Shown piece after piece: positions 53,512 through 63,141 of a DNA stretch of 64,000 bases. The notes under the pieces are model-generated. The model ran no database searches and was not told the origin of the DNA. It was given only the letters and a program-made list of their open reading frames with translations. Source of the DNA: Nitrospirales bacterium. GTDB lineage: Bacteria; Nitrospirota; Nitrospiria; Nitrospirales; UBA8639. Position 1 is the stretch's first letter. The number at the start of each line of letters is the position of its first letter. The translations under genes and the position numbers were made by a program. The stretch spans positions 1,856,001 through 1,920,000 of the forward strand of contig OY820905.2 in assembly GCA_963555755.3 (NCBI GenBank), in the 5' to 3' direction.

Positions 53512-53986
53512 AGGTCTTCGCGGCCATCCCAAAATAACGCGCCTTGATTTCTTCCATTAAGGCCACGGTCACCTCGGGCAACCCCCGATCTAATGCGGTT
53601 CGTTCCAATTCCACTCGCGCCATCGCACGAACTGGGGCCGGCACACGGGAAAGCCGACTTTCCGCATCAGGATGCCAAGACACCGTGCCTTGGTTCCTGG
53701 CTTCCGTCATCATCCCGGTGGAAATCAGGTTGATATGTTTTTGCCCGGCATAGGATTCGACTTCCTCCCGAACAAGCGGCTCAACATACGGCGGCAGCCG
53801 ATCTAAACAATGTTGCGCCTCATCGGTCCACACAGGGTGTTCGAATAAAGGAGAGGCATCTTGACCGTCTGTCTCTATGCCGAACGCAAATCCACATCCA
53901 GGACAGGCATAACGGATCAACGACTGGCCATCCTCCCATTCTTCAATTCGGTGAAGCTGAAAATCTGAACCGCAGGTACAGATCAT
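53507..53986 (-). CDS. Zn-ribbon plus tandem PCP_red-like domain protein
   Basis: CTCG...CPGCG; two repeats WTDEAQHCLDRLPPYV and WHPDAESRLSRVPAPV. Confidence 0.7.
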   Translation of the reverse strand: MICTCGSDFQLHRIEEWEDGQSLIRYACPGCGFAFGIETDGQDASPLFEHPVWTDEAQHCLDRLPPYVEPLVREEVESYAGQKHINLISTGMMTEARNQGTVSWHPDAESRLSRVPAPVRAMARVELERTALDRGLPEVTVALMEEIKARYFGMAAKTS

Positions 53987-53991
53987 GAACG

Positions 53992-54711
53992 CTACCCAAT
54001 CTTGCCAGGATACAAGATATACAGCATGGTATAGGTAAGGCTACCCGTTATAAATAGGACACAATATAATGCCACAGTAAACCGGCCCAAGATTTTATGG
54101 CGCCGGGCCCCATTTGGCCAAATGCGCTGGATGGTGATCTCAACTCCAAAGACGATCCCGACTAATATGAGCAAACCAAGATACACACTGAGTTTGCCCA
54201 AAGAAAAACCGGCGGTGGCTACCCGACTGAAAAATAATAACAACACCGCGACCGTGACCCCCCCGAAAATAATCCCGACCTTTCGCCAGGTGGTTTGAAG
54301 AAGGGCATCCTTCAACTTTCGTTGCCCTTCGATAAACGTTTGAGAGCGAAACCCCAGGACGATCATATAGATGGCCATGACGAGCCCAATCACCACCAAA
54401 CAAATGTGAAAGGTCAACAACGGGATAAACACGTTGTCATACAATTCCTTGGATCCACCAAAGCCCTCTTTTCCTTCAAAGGCCAACACGCCCAACTGCC
54501 GAAATAAATAGTAACTCGTGAAGAAAGCCAACATGGCCACCATACCGCCCAGCATCATCCAATGATGACCAGTTCCTCTTCCTTTTTTTGCCTGGAACCA
54601 CCCGACAATAAACAAGACGGTAAAGAAGGTCGCCATAAACTGACTCACATCCGCACCCATCGTGGCATGCGTCCCGGCAAAGCCCGGCGCTCGTAACCAT
54701 TCAGCCATCAA
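53992..54711 (-). CDS. DUF420-family membrane protein
   Basis: HHWMM...GFGG...FHICLV...RHKILGR...TG..TY.MLY pattern. Confidence 0.75.
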   Translation of the reverse strand: MMAEWLRAPGFAGTHATMGADVSQFMATFFTVLFIVGWFQAKKGRGTGHHWMMLGGMVAMLAFFTSYYLFRQLGVLAFEGKEGFGGSKELYDNVFIPLLTFHICLVVIGLVMAIYMIVLGFRSQTFIEGQRKLKDALLQTTWRKVGIIFGGVTVAVLLLFFSRVATAGFSLGKLSVYLGLLILVGIVFGVEITIQRIWPNGARRHKILGRFTVALYCVLFITGSLTYTMLYILYPGKIG

Positions 54712-54729
54712 ATCATTCCTTTTCTATTA

Positions 54730-54847
54730 GGGCTGTTGAAAAAGGCCGCCAGCAAGGCCGCAGGGCTTTTGGCGCGCGGAGCGTACACCAAGTACGTGAG
54801 CACGACAAAAGACCGAGAACGCCGCTGGCGGGCTTTTTCAACAGCCC
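54730..54847. mobile_element. MITE family A copy
   Basis: gggctgttgaaaaagg...ctttttcaacagccc with the shared core. Confidence 0.85.
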
Positions 54848-54850
54848 CCA

Positions 54851-55831
54851 TCATGCCTTTGTTCCCTGAACAATGGCTCGCGATTCTAATTCAGTCACAG
54901 ATTGAAACCCTGCGGTGGTCATCCATTCCATGGCTTCCTGCGTCGTGAAACAATCCCCGTGTTCGGTGTTCACCATAATATGCACAGCGAACGCCGTGGT
55001 CCAGGCGGGACTCGTTCGGTCTGGATCGAGAAACCGGTCCTTAATCACCAAGCGGCCATTCTCCTGTAAATGGGCAAACACCTTTTCCACCAACACTGCA
55101 TTCGTCTGGTGGTCTTGGTAATGAAGAATGTCGGACATTAACGCCACATCGTAGGGACCGCCCAATGGATCCGCATTGAAATCCCCAGGCTTCAACGAAA
55201 TTCGATCCTCCAATCCCACTTCCTTGATATAACGTTCGGTGACTCGCAAGGTTTGAGGTAAATCAAACACCGTGGCTTTCAGATGAGGATATTCCTGACA
55301 ACACGCAATCGCGTTGGTCCCTGCACCACCACCAATATCGACCAAGTGCTCTACTTCATCGAGTTGTAAATACTTCGCCAGATTAACTCCGCTCCCGCGA
55401 CCGATACGATCCAACACCGCTAACACATTGGCTCCCATTTCCGGATTGGTTTCGAATACATGTTGGCGAACCGGAGACGTTCCGGTACGAATGGTGTCTT
55501 CAATTTTTCCCCAATTCTCCCACTCGGAATCGTGAAGAATTAACAGGTTTCCAACATATTCAGGATTCGTCTTCACCAAGTACTGTTGGGCCACACTAGA
55601 ATTGGCAAATTGCCCATCATGCTTAGCTAGGACTCGCATCGCCACCAAGGCGTTCAATAATAAACTCAGGGACCGATCATTCAGAGTTAAGTGATTGGCT
55701 AGTTCAGAAGAAGAGAAAGAACGACGGTCTAAGGCTGAAAACAGATCCAACTTAATAGCCGTCAGGAGAATTTTTGTCTCCCAGTAATACCCCAACTGAA
55801 ATATTTCGGCGAGAGATAACTCGCGAGGCAC
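54851..55831 (-). CDS. SAM-dependent O-methyltransferase (dimerisation domain type)
   Basis: VDIGGGAG, VFDLP, GDFN, SDILHY. Confidence 0.88.
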   Translation of the reverse strand: MPRELSLAEIFQLGYYWETKILLTAIKLDLFSALDRRSFSSSELANHLTLNDRSLSLLLNALVAMRVLAKHDGQFANSSVAQQYLVKTNPEYVGNLLILHDSEWENWGKIEDTIRTGTSPVRQHVFETNPEMGANVLAVLDRIGRGSGVNLAKYLQLDEVEHLVDIGGGAGTNAIACCQEYPHLKATVFDLPQTLRVTERYIKEVGLEDRISLKPGDFNADPLGGPYDVALMSDILHYQDHQTNAVLVEKVFAHLQENGRLVIKDRFLDPDRTSPAWTTAFAVHIMVNTEHGDCFTTQEAMEWMTTAGFQSVTELESRAIVQGTKA

Positions 55832-55935
55832 AGTAAGTCCTTACTATTTCTAAACACAATGACCAAAACCAATGGGAAAGATGATATTAGCGGCCTGGAA
55901 TGGGCGAACGCAAGGAAGGGTGATGGGGTTTAAAT

Positions 55936-55971
55936 AAAAAAGGCAGCAACGGTTTCCCGCTGCTGTCTTTT
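55936..55971 (-). terminator. intrinsic terminator
   Basis: aaaaaaggcagca-acggtttcccgc-tgctgtctttt hairpin. Confidence 0.6.
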
Positions 55972-55993
55972 CATTATTTCACAAGAGAAAGGT

Positions 55994-56791
55994 TTATTTC
56001 CCTTTGAACTTATTTTTCTTTTTGATGTCAAAGTTCGCTTCAACCGTGGCACCGTCTTTGACTTCAACTTGCGCTTCCACATTTCCAGCCACGGGGTGCC
56101 AAGCTAGGACTTTGTGCTTGCCGGCTGGCACGTCTTTTATTTCAAACGTCCCGTCGCCACCGGACACACCAAAATGACCATTGGTCACAGGCAAGAACCA
56201 GGCTTGCATAAATTCATGCTGGTCACATTGCAAACGCAGAACGGAACCTTTCCTCGCCATACGCATCTTAATTTTCTTATCAAGCTTGTCACCCTTCCTG
56301 GCTAACCCAATATTGAACAAGGTGGAAGACTTGGCGCCGAGCACGTCAAAGCTATGAGGGTTATGCAACACACCGTCTTTGGACTTGGGATCATCGGGAT
56401 CGTTATCCATATTTTCAACCATAAAGTTCCCTTTGTTCACCAAGACACCAGTAAAGGGCAGAAACTCACACAGCTTGGCCTTCACATGAGGTTTATACTT
56501 AAACCCTTTATCCTTAATGCCACGAACGGACACGATGACATTTTTCAGCCCCTTGCTCCCATCCACTTCAACGTTTTTCAGCAAACGGGTGTCATCCCCT
56601 TTTTGACTAGGATTTTTTTTGCAGAAAGCTGGATTGGGAAATTTGGAAAACGCAAATTCTTTGTGAGGATGTGCTTTTCCAGAATACGTAATCTTACCTT
56701 TGATCGTTCCACCTGCCTGAGCAATCAGTGGAATTGCTACGAGCAATCCACCGAGCATCAGGGATACAATTAGGGATTGACGATTCCTCAT
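55994..56791 (-). CDS. exported protein with a cupredoxin-like core and a carboxypeptidase-regulatory-like tail
   Basis: Signal peptide; HNPH...CDQHEFM; GTFEIKDVPAGKHKVLAWHP. Confidence 0.75.
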   Translation of the reverse strand: MRNRQSLIVSLMLGGLLVAIPLIAQAGGTIKGKITYSGKAHPHKEFAFSKFPNPAFCKKNPSQKGDDTRLLKNVEVDGSKGLKNVIVSVRGIKDKGFKYKPHVKAKLCEFLPFTGVLVNKGNFMVENMDNDPDDPKSKDGVLHNPHSFDVLGAKSSTLFNIGLARKGDKLDKKIKMRMARKGSVLRLQCDQHEFMQAWFLPVTNGHFGVSGGDGTFEIKDVPAGKHKVLAWHPVAGNVEAQVEVKDGATVEANFDIKKKNKFKGK

Positions 56792-57033
56792 AATCTCTCC
56801 TCCTCGTTGAGAATATAATGTTGTCCGTTTCGGGGGGGGAATAAAATCTGACGGCTTTTGGCTCCCTGGCCGCTTCACAATCGTATCACTGACACGGGCG
56901 GGAATGCTGTCAACTATTCCTAAAAAAGTACTCATTTTTGTATATAACAAGATGGCGTTTTTGGTGTCAAGTCAGCTTCCCTTAAGTGGCTTATTTCCTT
57001 GACCCTTTTGGGATTTCCACGAAAATGTGGACA

Positions 57034-57900
57034 CTAAGATGACCTATCGACGGCCATTGGAATGGAATTTGAGGATTCACGAAGTCCCGCCATGACCTCT
57101 TCGAGATGCTCCCGCAAGGCTTCGGCATGTTGTATGGGGCTGGAGAAAGCTTGTCGGTACAAACATAGGCCTGGGAAGCCGTGGTCTGAGGAAATCTCAC
57201 ATCCCCCACGGACAGCTTGGGAATGTTCAAAAAAGTCCGTCCAGCAAGGCCGCAGCCCTTTTGACGCGCGGAGCGTACTCATAGTACGTGAGCACGGCAA
57301 AAGGGCGAGAACGCCGCTGGCGGCTTTTTTCAACATTCCCCGAAGAAATCGATTGATTCCCAGACCGGCACTTCCCACAGGCAAGGGACCAGACCTTCCC
57401 ACCACGAATTGAAGCACCAGCTTCGCTAGATCACGATACTCAGTTTTTTGAGTGACAAAAACAAATCCGAAAATACAAGGGCTCGCGAGGCATTCACTTT
57501 CACACCTTTGTAGGGAAACTTCAGAAGTCCATGGGATGTGGCATTCGGAGGACGATCAAAAAATCCTCCACCTTGCTTGTCTACAAGTTGATCCACCAAA
57601 TCGCGAACAATCTGTTCGGCCCGGTCCCGGCAGATCGAAAGACTTGTCGTCACATAGGCTTCGAGCAGCGCATCGGCGATCCACATCCGGTCCTCAAGCA
57701 GCCCAAATTCTTGTAACCGTCCCTCCCGAATCACATGGCCAGGCCTTTTCCGGATCGATATCGCTCCTCAAACAACCGATTAAGGGTTTTGAGAGCACAC
57801 TCCCGAATCCGTGCATCGCCAAACACTTGAGAGGCCTTTAACCTAGAAACGGCAGTTGGGCGCAAAAAAGCCGTGTAAGATATTGGTGTGCATGATGAAA
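57034..57900 (-). pseudogene. fragmented C-terminal part of a YyaL/DUF255-like gene, interrupted by a MITE
   Basis: Fragments in several frames: GLLEDRMWIADALLEAY...GGGFFD and QAYVCTDK; stops and frameshifts. Confidence 0.55.
57219..57340. mobile_element. MITE family A copy lacking the 24-bp hairpin insert
   Basis: gggaatgttcaaaaaagtccgtccagc...ttcaacattccc. Confidence 0.85.
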
Positions 57901-57962
57901 TACAAAAAGTCGTAGTCACCTCGGTGGTGATAAGACATTTTTGTATTTTATCAGGTGCGCTC

Positions 57963-58227
57963 AGGGTCCGTCACGAAATAACCGGGACAATTGGGAGGCC
58001 CAGATTTGTGATCGGGGCAAGGCGCGACGAGGGAGCAGAGCGGGGCTCTGTGACCGAGGAGCAACGCCGCCCCGGGCCAAAGATGGGCCTCCCCGCAGGG
58101 CCGGACGCTTTTGGGCTCCGCCGGCGTCGCTCATCGCTTCCATACTCCCGGTATGCGCGCTCTTCGCTCCTTGGCTCGCTCCAAAATCGTCTCGGCCAAT
58201 TGTCCCGGTTATTTCGTGACGGACCCT
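57963..58227. mobile_element. MITE family C
   Basis: About 32-bp TIRs agggtccgtcacgaaataaccgggacaattgg / ccaattgtcccggttatttcgtgacggaccct; an extra degenerate end at about 58307-58327. Confidence 0.85.
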
Positions 58228-58465
58228 AAGAGCTTGCGCGGACTTTTGTGATCCAATTGCTGTTTCTAGGTTTAAGTAGCTCTTGGCCATCAACCCATTC
58301 CATACTGGCTATTTCGTAACAGACCCTAACCTCGAATTCCGCAGTTGAAAATTGAAAGGGACGTGATTGGTAAAGCAACAACAATAGGGGAAATACCATC
58401 AAGAATGGGCAACTGCTGGATCGGGGAGGTACAGACTCACGAAAAACCTATTTCACCATCGTGTT

Positions 58466-58646
58466 AGGACCTGAGAGAAAATACCTTGAACCATATCGCG
58501 CCAAGATTTGGGTCGGATTTGGACGGAACGATTGAGAAACACCCGAGGCATAGCACAGCTATGTTGAGGGTGTTTCGATTGAGGCCCGTTCAAAGATGGC
58601 CCGAAGATTGGATGCGAGATGTCCAAGGTATTTTCTCTCAGGTCCT
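58466..58646. mobile_element. MITE family B copy 3
   Basis: Near-identical to 14593-14772. Confidence 0.85.
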
Positions 58647-60013
58647 TAGGTCTGAGGTGGTTGCGAAAGAATCCGGGCAATCGCCCCAGCAGCAGTCGCA
58701 CGAACGGATTCATTGGGATCTTTTAAGAGATTCTTGAGTTGAGGAATCACTTCTCTGCCAGCCACACGACCAAGAGACCGGGTTGCGGAAATTCGCGGCT
58801 TGGGTACGGGGTCATTCAACATCACAAGTAGTGTACCAACCACATCACGGGCTCTACCATGGGAAAGGGCTTTGGCCGCCAAGGAACGTAATCCCGGGTT
58901 TTGGTGTCCCATTAATTCCCGGACCGTATTTGCCACAATTCGAAAAGGGCTATTGAGTTGAAGAAGGCCCGCCACTGCGGCGGCTTTCACCCCCATATTC
59001 CGGTCATGTAAGGCTCTGGTCAGAGCGGGAATGGCATCCTCAGCTTGGAGTGTACCAAGAGTCACCGCAGCCACACTGCGCACAGCGGGCACGGGTTCAG
59101 ACAACGCTCCGATCAGTAGCGGCACACCTTCCAGAAGACCCAACTTTCCTAAGGAAGCCGCGGCGGCCGCCCGAATTGATGGCTGTTTATCCCGTAACCC
59201 CAACTCCAGCAGAGGCAATCCTCGCGGGTCTCCAATTTCGCCAATCATGCGCAACGCCGAGCCTCGCTCATACCCTTCTTTGACTTTCGTCGCGCGTTCG
59301 ACTCGTTCCCATTGCTCCTTTTGTCCCAAGCGATATAACGCTGCCGCGGCAGCAACCTGCACGGCTTCCTGCTTATCGGTGAGAAAGGGAGTGATGAGCG
59401 GAATTGTGGACTTATCACCCGAACGCCCAAAGGCTTTTAACACAGTCACCCGCACCAACCCAGCTTGATCATTCAGTGCACCACGAAACGATTCTGATTT
59501 GCGACCGGCAGAAAATTTCCCTATCCCCTCCACCACCAAGACTCGAAGAAAGCCAGATCCGTCACTCAAGCCATCCTGAAAATACGGGAGAGATTCGGGA
59601 GATTGCATTTCCTTTAAGGCTGAATACGCCGAGCCTCTGACTTGTTCTCGCATATCCGATCGAAACGGTAGAATGCTCTGGATCGCCATTTCACGAAGCA
59701 ACGCTTCATCATCTTTCCCAATGGCTTTGATGAATTGATCAAATACTTCGACGCCTTCTTTTGTCTTTTTCAGTCGCACCAAGCTCAATACTTTAAGACG
59801 GAAAGATTCCCGAGAGGCTGGTGACTGCTCAACCAGCGGGTCAACCAGCTCTAGGGTTTTGGGGAAATCGCTTTGAGCAAATGCCTGACCCGCCTGTTCC
59901 AAAATGTGAGCGCGAGAGGGTTCGGCTTTGGCTGGGGCGGTCCAGCTGCCCAGGAGCACACTTACGGCAAAGCCGAGAATCAGGCCGATCAACGTCATCC
60001 CTTTTATTCGCAT
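58646..60013 (-). CDS. exported HEAT-repeat protein
   Basis: Signal peptide; repeated L.D....VR.AAA.ALG units. Confidence 0.88.
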   Translation of the reverse strand: MRIKGMTLIGLILGFAVSVLLGSWTAPAKAEPSRAHILEQAGQAFAQSDFPKTLELVDPLVEQSPASRESFRLKVLSLVRLKKTKEGVEVFDQFIKAIGKDDEALLREMAIQSILPFRSDMREQVRGSAYSALKEMQSPESLPYFQDGLSDGSGFLRVLVVEGIGKFSAGRKSESFRGALNDQAGLVRVTVLKAFGRSGDKSTIPLITPFLTDKQEAVQVAAAAALYRLGQKEQWERVERATKVKEGYERGSALRMIGEIGDPRGLPLLELGLRDKQPSIRAAAAASLGKLGLLEGVPLLIGALSEPVPAVRSVAAVTLGTLQAEDAIPALTRALHDRNMGVKAAAVAGLLQLNSPFRIVANTVRELMGHQNPGLRSLAAKALSHGRARDVVGTLLVMLNDPVPKPRISATRSLGRVAGREVIPQLKNLLKDPNESVRATAAGAIARILSQPPQT

Positions 60014-60685
60014 TTATCCTTCCTTCTCTTGGATCCCGGTTGCTTCGAATTTTCTATACCCCAAAGGGGTTTCAAAAAAATAATCAGGCTGCTTGGATTG
60101 AATGACTCGATCATATTCTACTGACCAATCGCGGTCTTGACTGACTAATTTTAGCAACAACTGTCGTGATTCATCGACCCACTCATAGTAGGTTTCTTGA
60201 TGTCCGTTTCGATCCACACGCACATCATACAATGTCGCCGTTTGCTCCCCTACCATGGCATCCCCAATCCGCTTCCGAGCCACCTCCCCTTCGAGCCGAA
60301 CCGAAAAAGGGAGTATATGATCTGTCGTCAGGGGAACTGCCATCACGAGGCGTCGTTGCGATAAGATGTACCACACCTTTTGTTTATCCAACCGGACAAT
60401 GGTGACGGTGGCATAACCCAGATCGGTTTTTATTCCGGCAAGATGTTCAATGCGATACCGATCTTTTTTCACAAACAACTGGGCTTTTGACGATCGCTTC
60501 CCCTTCCGCCAGGTCAGTCGAGCCGAAAACTCCACATCGTGAGGAGACTTCATGCCAGACGATTCTCCAGCGAAAACTTTGTCGAAAGGAGAGGGTACTA
60601 TCAGAGAAAGAACACACAAACACACACGGAAAAGGACTGGATGCCACCCCGTCATATTCTTAGGGGGACCAATGGGACGCATCAC
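60014..60685 (-). CDS. exported hypothetical protein
   Basis: Signal peptide; beta-rich sequence ending FETPLGYRKF; tightly packed in the operon. Confidence 0.65.
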   Translation of the reverse strand: MMRPIGPPKNMTGWHPVLFRVCLCVLSLIVPSPFDKVFAGESSGMKSPHDVEFSARLTWRKGKRSSKAQLFVKKDRYRIEHLAGIKTDLGYATVTIVRLDKQKVWYILSQRRLVMAVPLTTDHILPFSVRLEGEVARKRIGDAMVGEQTATLYDVRVDRNGHQETYYEWVDESRQLLLKLVSQDRDWSVEYDRVIQSKQPDYFFETPLGYRKFEATGIQEKEG

Positions 60686-61582
60686 TTATTGACGCTCAAG
60701 AATGGGTTCAATGGTCAATTCACGCCCCAAAGCCGCTGGGGTAAATCGTGGGGGAGTGAGGACCGTAAGTGCGGTTTTTTTGCGACTGGGTGACGGCAAG
60801 TCAAAATCAACGGTCAACGCTCCGCCAGGCTCAATGATGACTTGTTGCTTAATGACCAACTTGATACTTGGATGCCACGCCCGAAGATCATAGGTGCCAG
60901 GAGGAATAGCTGGGATAGAAAAAAGTCCCTGTTCATCCGTGAGAACATAATACGGATTTTCAACTGCAATGGCCCAACTTTCCATATACGCATGAAAGCC
61001 ACATTGCATAACAAAGGTTCGTCGCTTCTTACTGAGCTGAAATAGACGAACTAAAGATTTCCCCGGCTTGTGGTCATGCATGGCATGGAGATTTCCACGC
61101 TGATGCCGTTGATTAAATGGCAAGGGAGAATTAAAGAGCACCCTTGTTCCCGTCACAATCGATGTTTCGTAGGCTTGAATATCATGCATCACAGGATCCA
61201 TGTTCACGACTTCGACACCATGCCCACTTCTCACAACAGTTGTAAAGGGTAGAAATCGACAATCCCGCGCTTCAACTCGCGGAACGGAAAGAGCAAACGG
61301 TTTGCCAGCTTGTACGCCTTCGAGTAAGACCACCACATGTTGTATTTGACGTTCTTCATTGACGAAAAAATCTCGAAGAAGACGCCACCCATGCCCATTG
61401 GAAATTCGTCCGCAGTACTCAGGGTCCGGAAAGATCACTAAATTATAGGCTTTGGGATCAGGCACCTGACCAGAAAGCGTCACGGTTCCCTGAACGGATC
61501 CACCATTTCCTACTTCTTGCACCTCATAGGACCAGGCAGAACATGGGAACAAGAACAGTGCGGTTATGAAAAAACGAATCAT
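60686..61582 (-). CDS. exported cupredoxin-like/carboxypeptidase-regulatory-like protein
   Basis: NMDPVMHDIQ...CGFHAYM; paralog of the adjacent gene. Confidence 0.75.
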   Translation of the reverse strand: MIRFFITALFLFPCSAWSYEVQEVGNGGSVQGTVTLSGQVPDPKAYNLVIFPDPEYCGRISNGHGWRLLRDFFVNEERQIQHVVVLLEGVQAGKPFALSVPRVEARDCRFLPFTTVVRSGHGVEVVNMDPVMHDIQAYETSIVTGTRVLFNSPLPFNQRHQRGNLHAMHDHKPGKSLVRLFQLSKKRRTFVMQCGFHAYMESWAIAVENPYYVLTDEQGLFSIPAIPPGTYDLRAWHPSIKLVIKQQVIIEPGGALTVDFDLPSPSRKKTALTVLTPPRFTPAALGRELTIEPILERQ

Positions 61583-61624
61583 GAAATCTTCACCTTGGGA
61601 TCCGTGCAAAATGTAAATTGAACG

Positions 61625-61840
61625 GTTTTAAATTCGAAATCCGAATATCGAAATTCGAAACAAATCCGAAACCCAAAACTCAAATGTTTCAAACGGATCA
61701 TTCTGACTTATGCAGAATTGCGCCAAGACTGACCGTCTTCAGGCGTTTTTGTCATTTGCGATTTGGTCATTTGAATTTGTTTCGGATTTCGAGATTCGGA
61801 TTTCCCATTTGGGTTTCGATATTCGAGTTTCGGATTTCCC
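61625..61840. repeat. heptamer (tcgaaat/atttcga) inverted-array element
   Basis: Homologous to 62795-62990. Confidence 0.7.
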
Positions 61841-61842
61841 CA

Positions 61843-62760
61843 TTAGGGTTTTTGAAGTTTGAGCGAGGGAACGATCTCCACACCCTCACCCAGCAATTCC
61901 AGTCCAAACCGTGGATTGTCACTGATTTCATGGACACTTCGGCGACCGGGTGGCGCGACATATTCAAAATTTTCCGAAAGAGTTCCATTGGCTGTCACAG
62001 TGACCGGTCGTTCAAGATATTGTTTCATTCCCGCATGCCAAACCTTTAACGTATATTGTCCGGGTGGCACATCAGAAATTTCAAACTGTCCATCTTCTTT
62101 GGTAATCGCATAGTAGGGGTTTTTGACCACCACACCCCAGGAGAACATATAGGGATGAAACCCACATTGCATCACAAAAAGATTTCGGCCTTTTCTCAGA
62201 TGAATCTTTTCAACCATAGGTTTTCCGGCCATATGTGTATGGCTATTCAACATTCCCAGCACCTTATGGAAGGGATTCATCGGCAATGGTCGATTAAACA
62301 ACACCCTCGCGCCACGTTCGCGAGCTGTTTCGTATCCTTGGATATCATGCTCAATGGGATCCATATTGATCACGGTCACTTCATCTCGGTCGCGTAACAC
62401 ACTCACGAAAGGAGAAAAGTCGCAATCAAATGCATCGATTCTGACTTTTGGCAAATCGAAGGATTTCCCTTTTTGAATACCGTCTAATATCACGACGGCA
62501 TCTTTGAGGCTCCCATTCTTGGCAATAATAAAATCTTCCACAATTCGCCAACCTGTGCCTGTGGATATTCTTCCACAATACACCGCATCCGGAATCGTGA
62601 CGAGATTGAAGGCCATCGGCCTTGGCTTGTTTCCCGTAATCGTCACCTGACCTCGAATGGTTCCTCCATTGGTGACAGACACTTCCTCGTATGAAAAACT
62701 TGGCAACGCGGACAGAAGAATCCCCACGCTTGCCACCAAAGCCAACATCCAACGCCTCAT
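61843..62760 (-). CDS. exported cupredoxin-like/carboxypeptidase-regulatory-like protein
   Basis: NMDPIEHDIQ...CGFHPYM; start MRRWML has an RBS. Confidence 0.75.
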   Translation of the reverse strand: MRRWMLALVASVGILLSALPSFSYEEVSVTNGGTIRGQVTITGNKPRPMAFNLVTIPDAVYCGRISTGTGWRIVEDFIIAKNGSLKDAVVILDGIQKGKSFDLPKVRIDAFDCDFSPFVSVLRDRDEVTVINMDPIEHDIQGYETARERGARVLFNRPLPMNPFHKVLGMLNSHTHMAGKPMVEKIHLRKGRNLFVMQCGFHPYMFSWGVVVKNPYYAITKEDGQFEISDVPPGQYTLKVWHAGMKQYLERPVTVTANGTLSENFEYVAPPGRRSVHEISDNPRFGLELLGEGVEIVPSLKLQKP

Positions 62761-62794
62761 GAAATCCTCCCTACACAATCGAATAAAGTGGCGC

Positions 62795-62990
62795 AAATCC
62801 AAAACTTGAATATCGAAACCCGAATGGAAAAATACAAAATCCGAATATCGAAATCCGAAACAAACCCCAAATCGAAAACTCGAATGTTTCAAACGGATCA
62901 TTCCAACTTATGCAGCTAATCGTTTTTTTATTTGCAATTCGGTCATTTGAATTTGTTTCGGATTTCGATATTCGGATTTCGAGTTTAGGG
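62795..62990. repeat. heptamer inverted-array element
   Basis: Shares aatccgaatatcgaaat..gaaacaaa...tgtttcaaacggatcattc...ggtcatttgaatttgtttcggatttcga with 61625-61840. Confidence 0.7.
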
Positions 62991-63077
62991 GGCTACCATT
63001 GGAATTTTTTGAGTTATTCAACAAGCCCACTGTGCACCAAATGCCAAACGATGCCTACGGTTACTCTTCGGAAAAAC

Positions 63078-63109
63078 AAAACGGGGAAGCCGAAGCTCGG
63101 CTTCCCCGT
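63078..63109 (-). terminator. intrinsic terminator
   Basis: acggggaagccga-agc-tcggcttccccgt perfect hairpin with an adjacent A-run. Confidence 0.75.
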
Positions 63110-63141
63110 CATTCTCACTCGATAACCTATCGAACCAATCG

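Noticed and set aside
61625..62990. Heptamer arrays and MITE copies as CRISPR arrays
   Set aside because: There is no constant repeat with unique, regularly sized spacers and no cas gene in the window.
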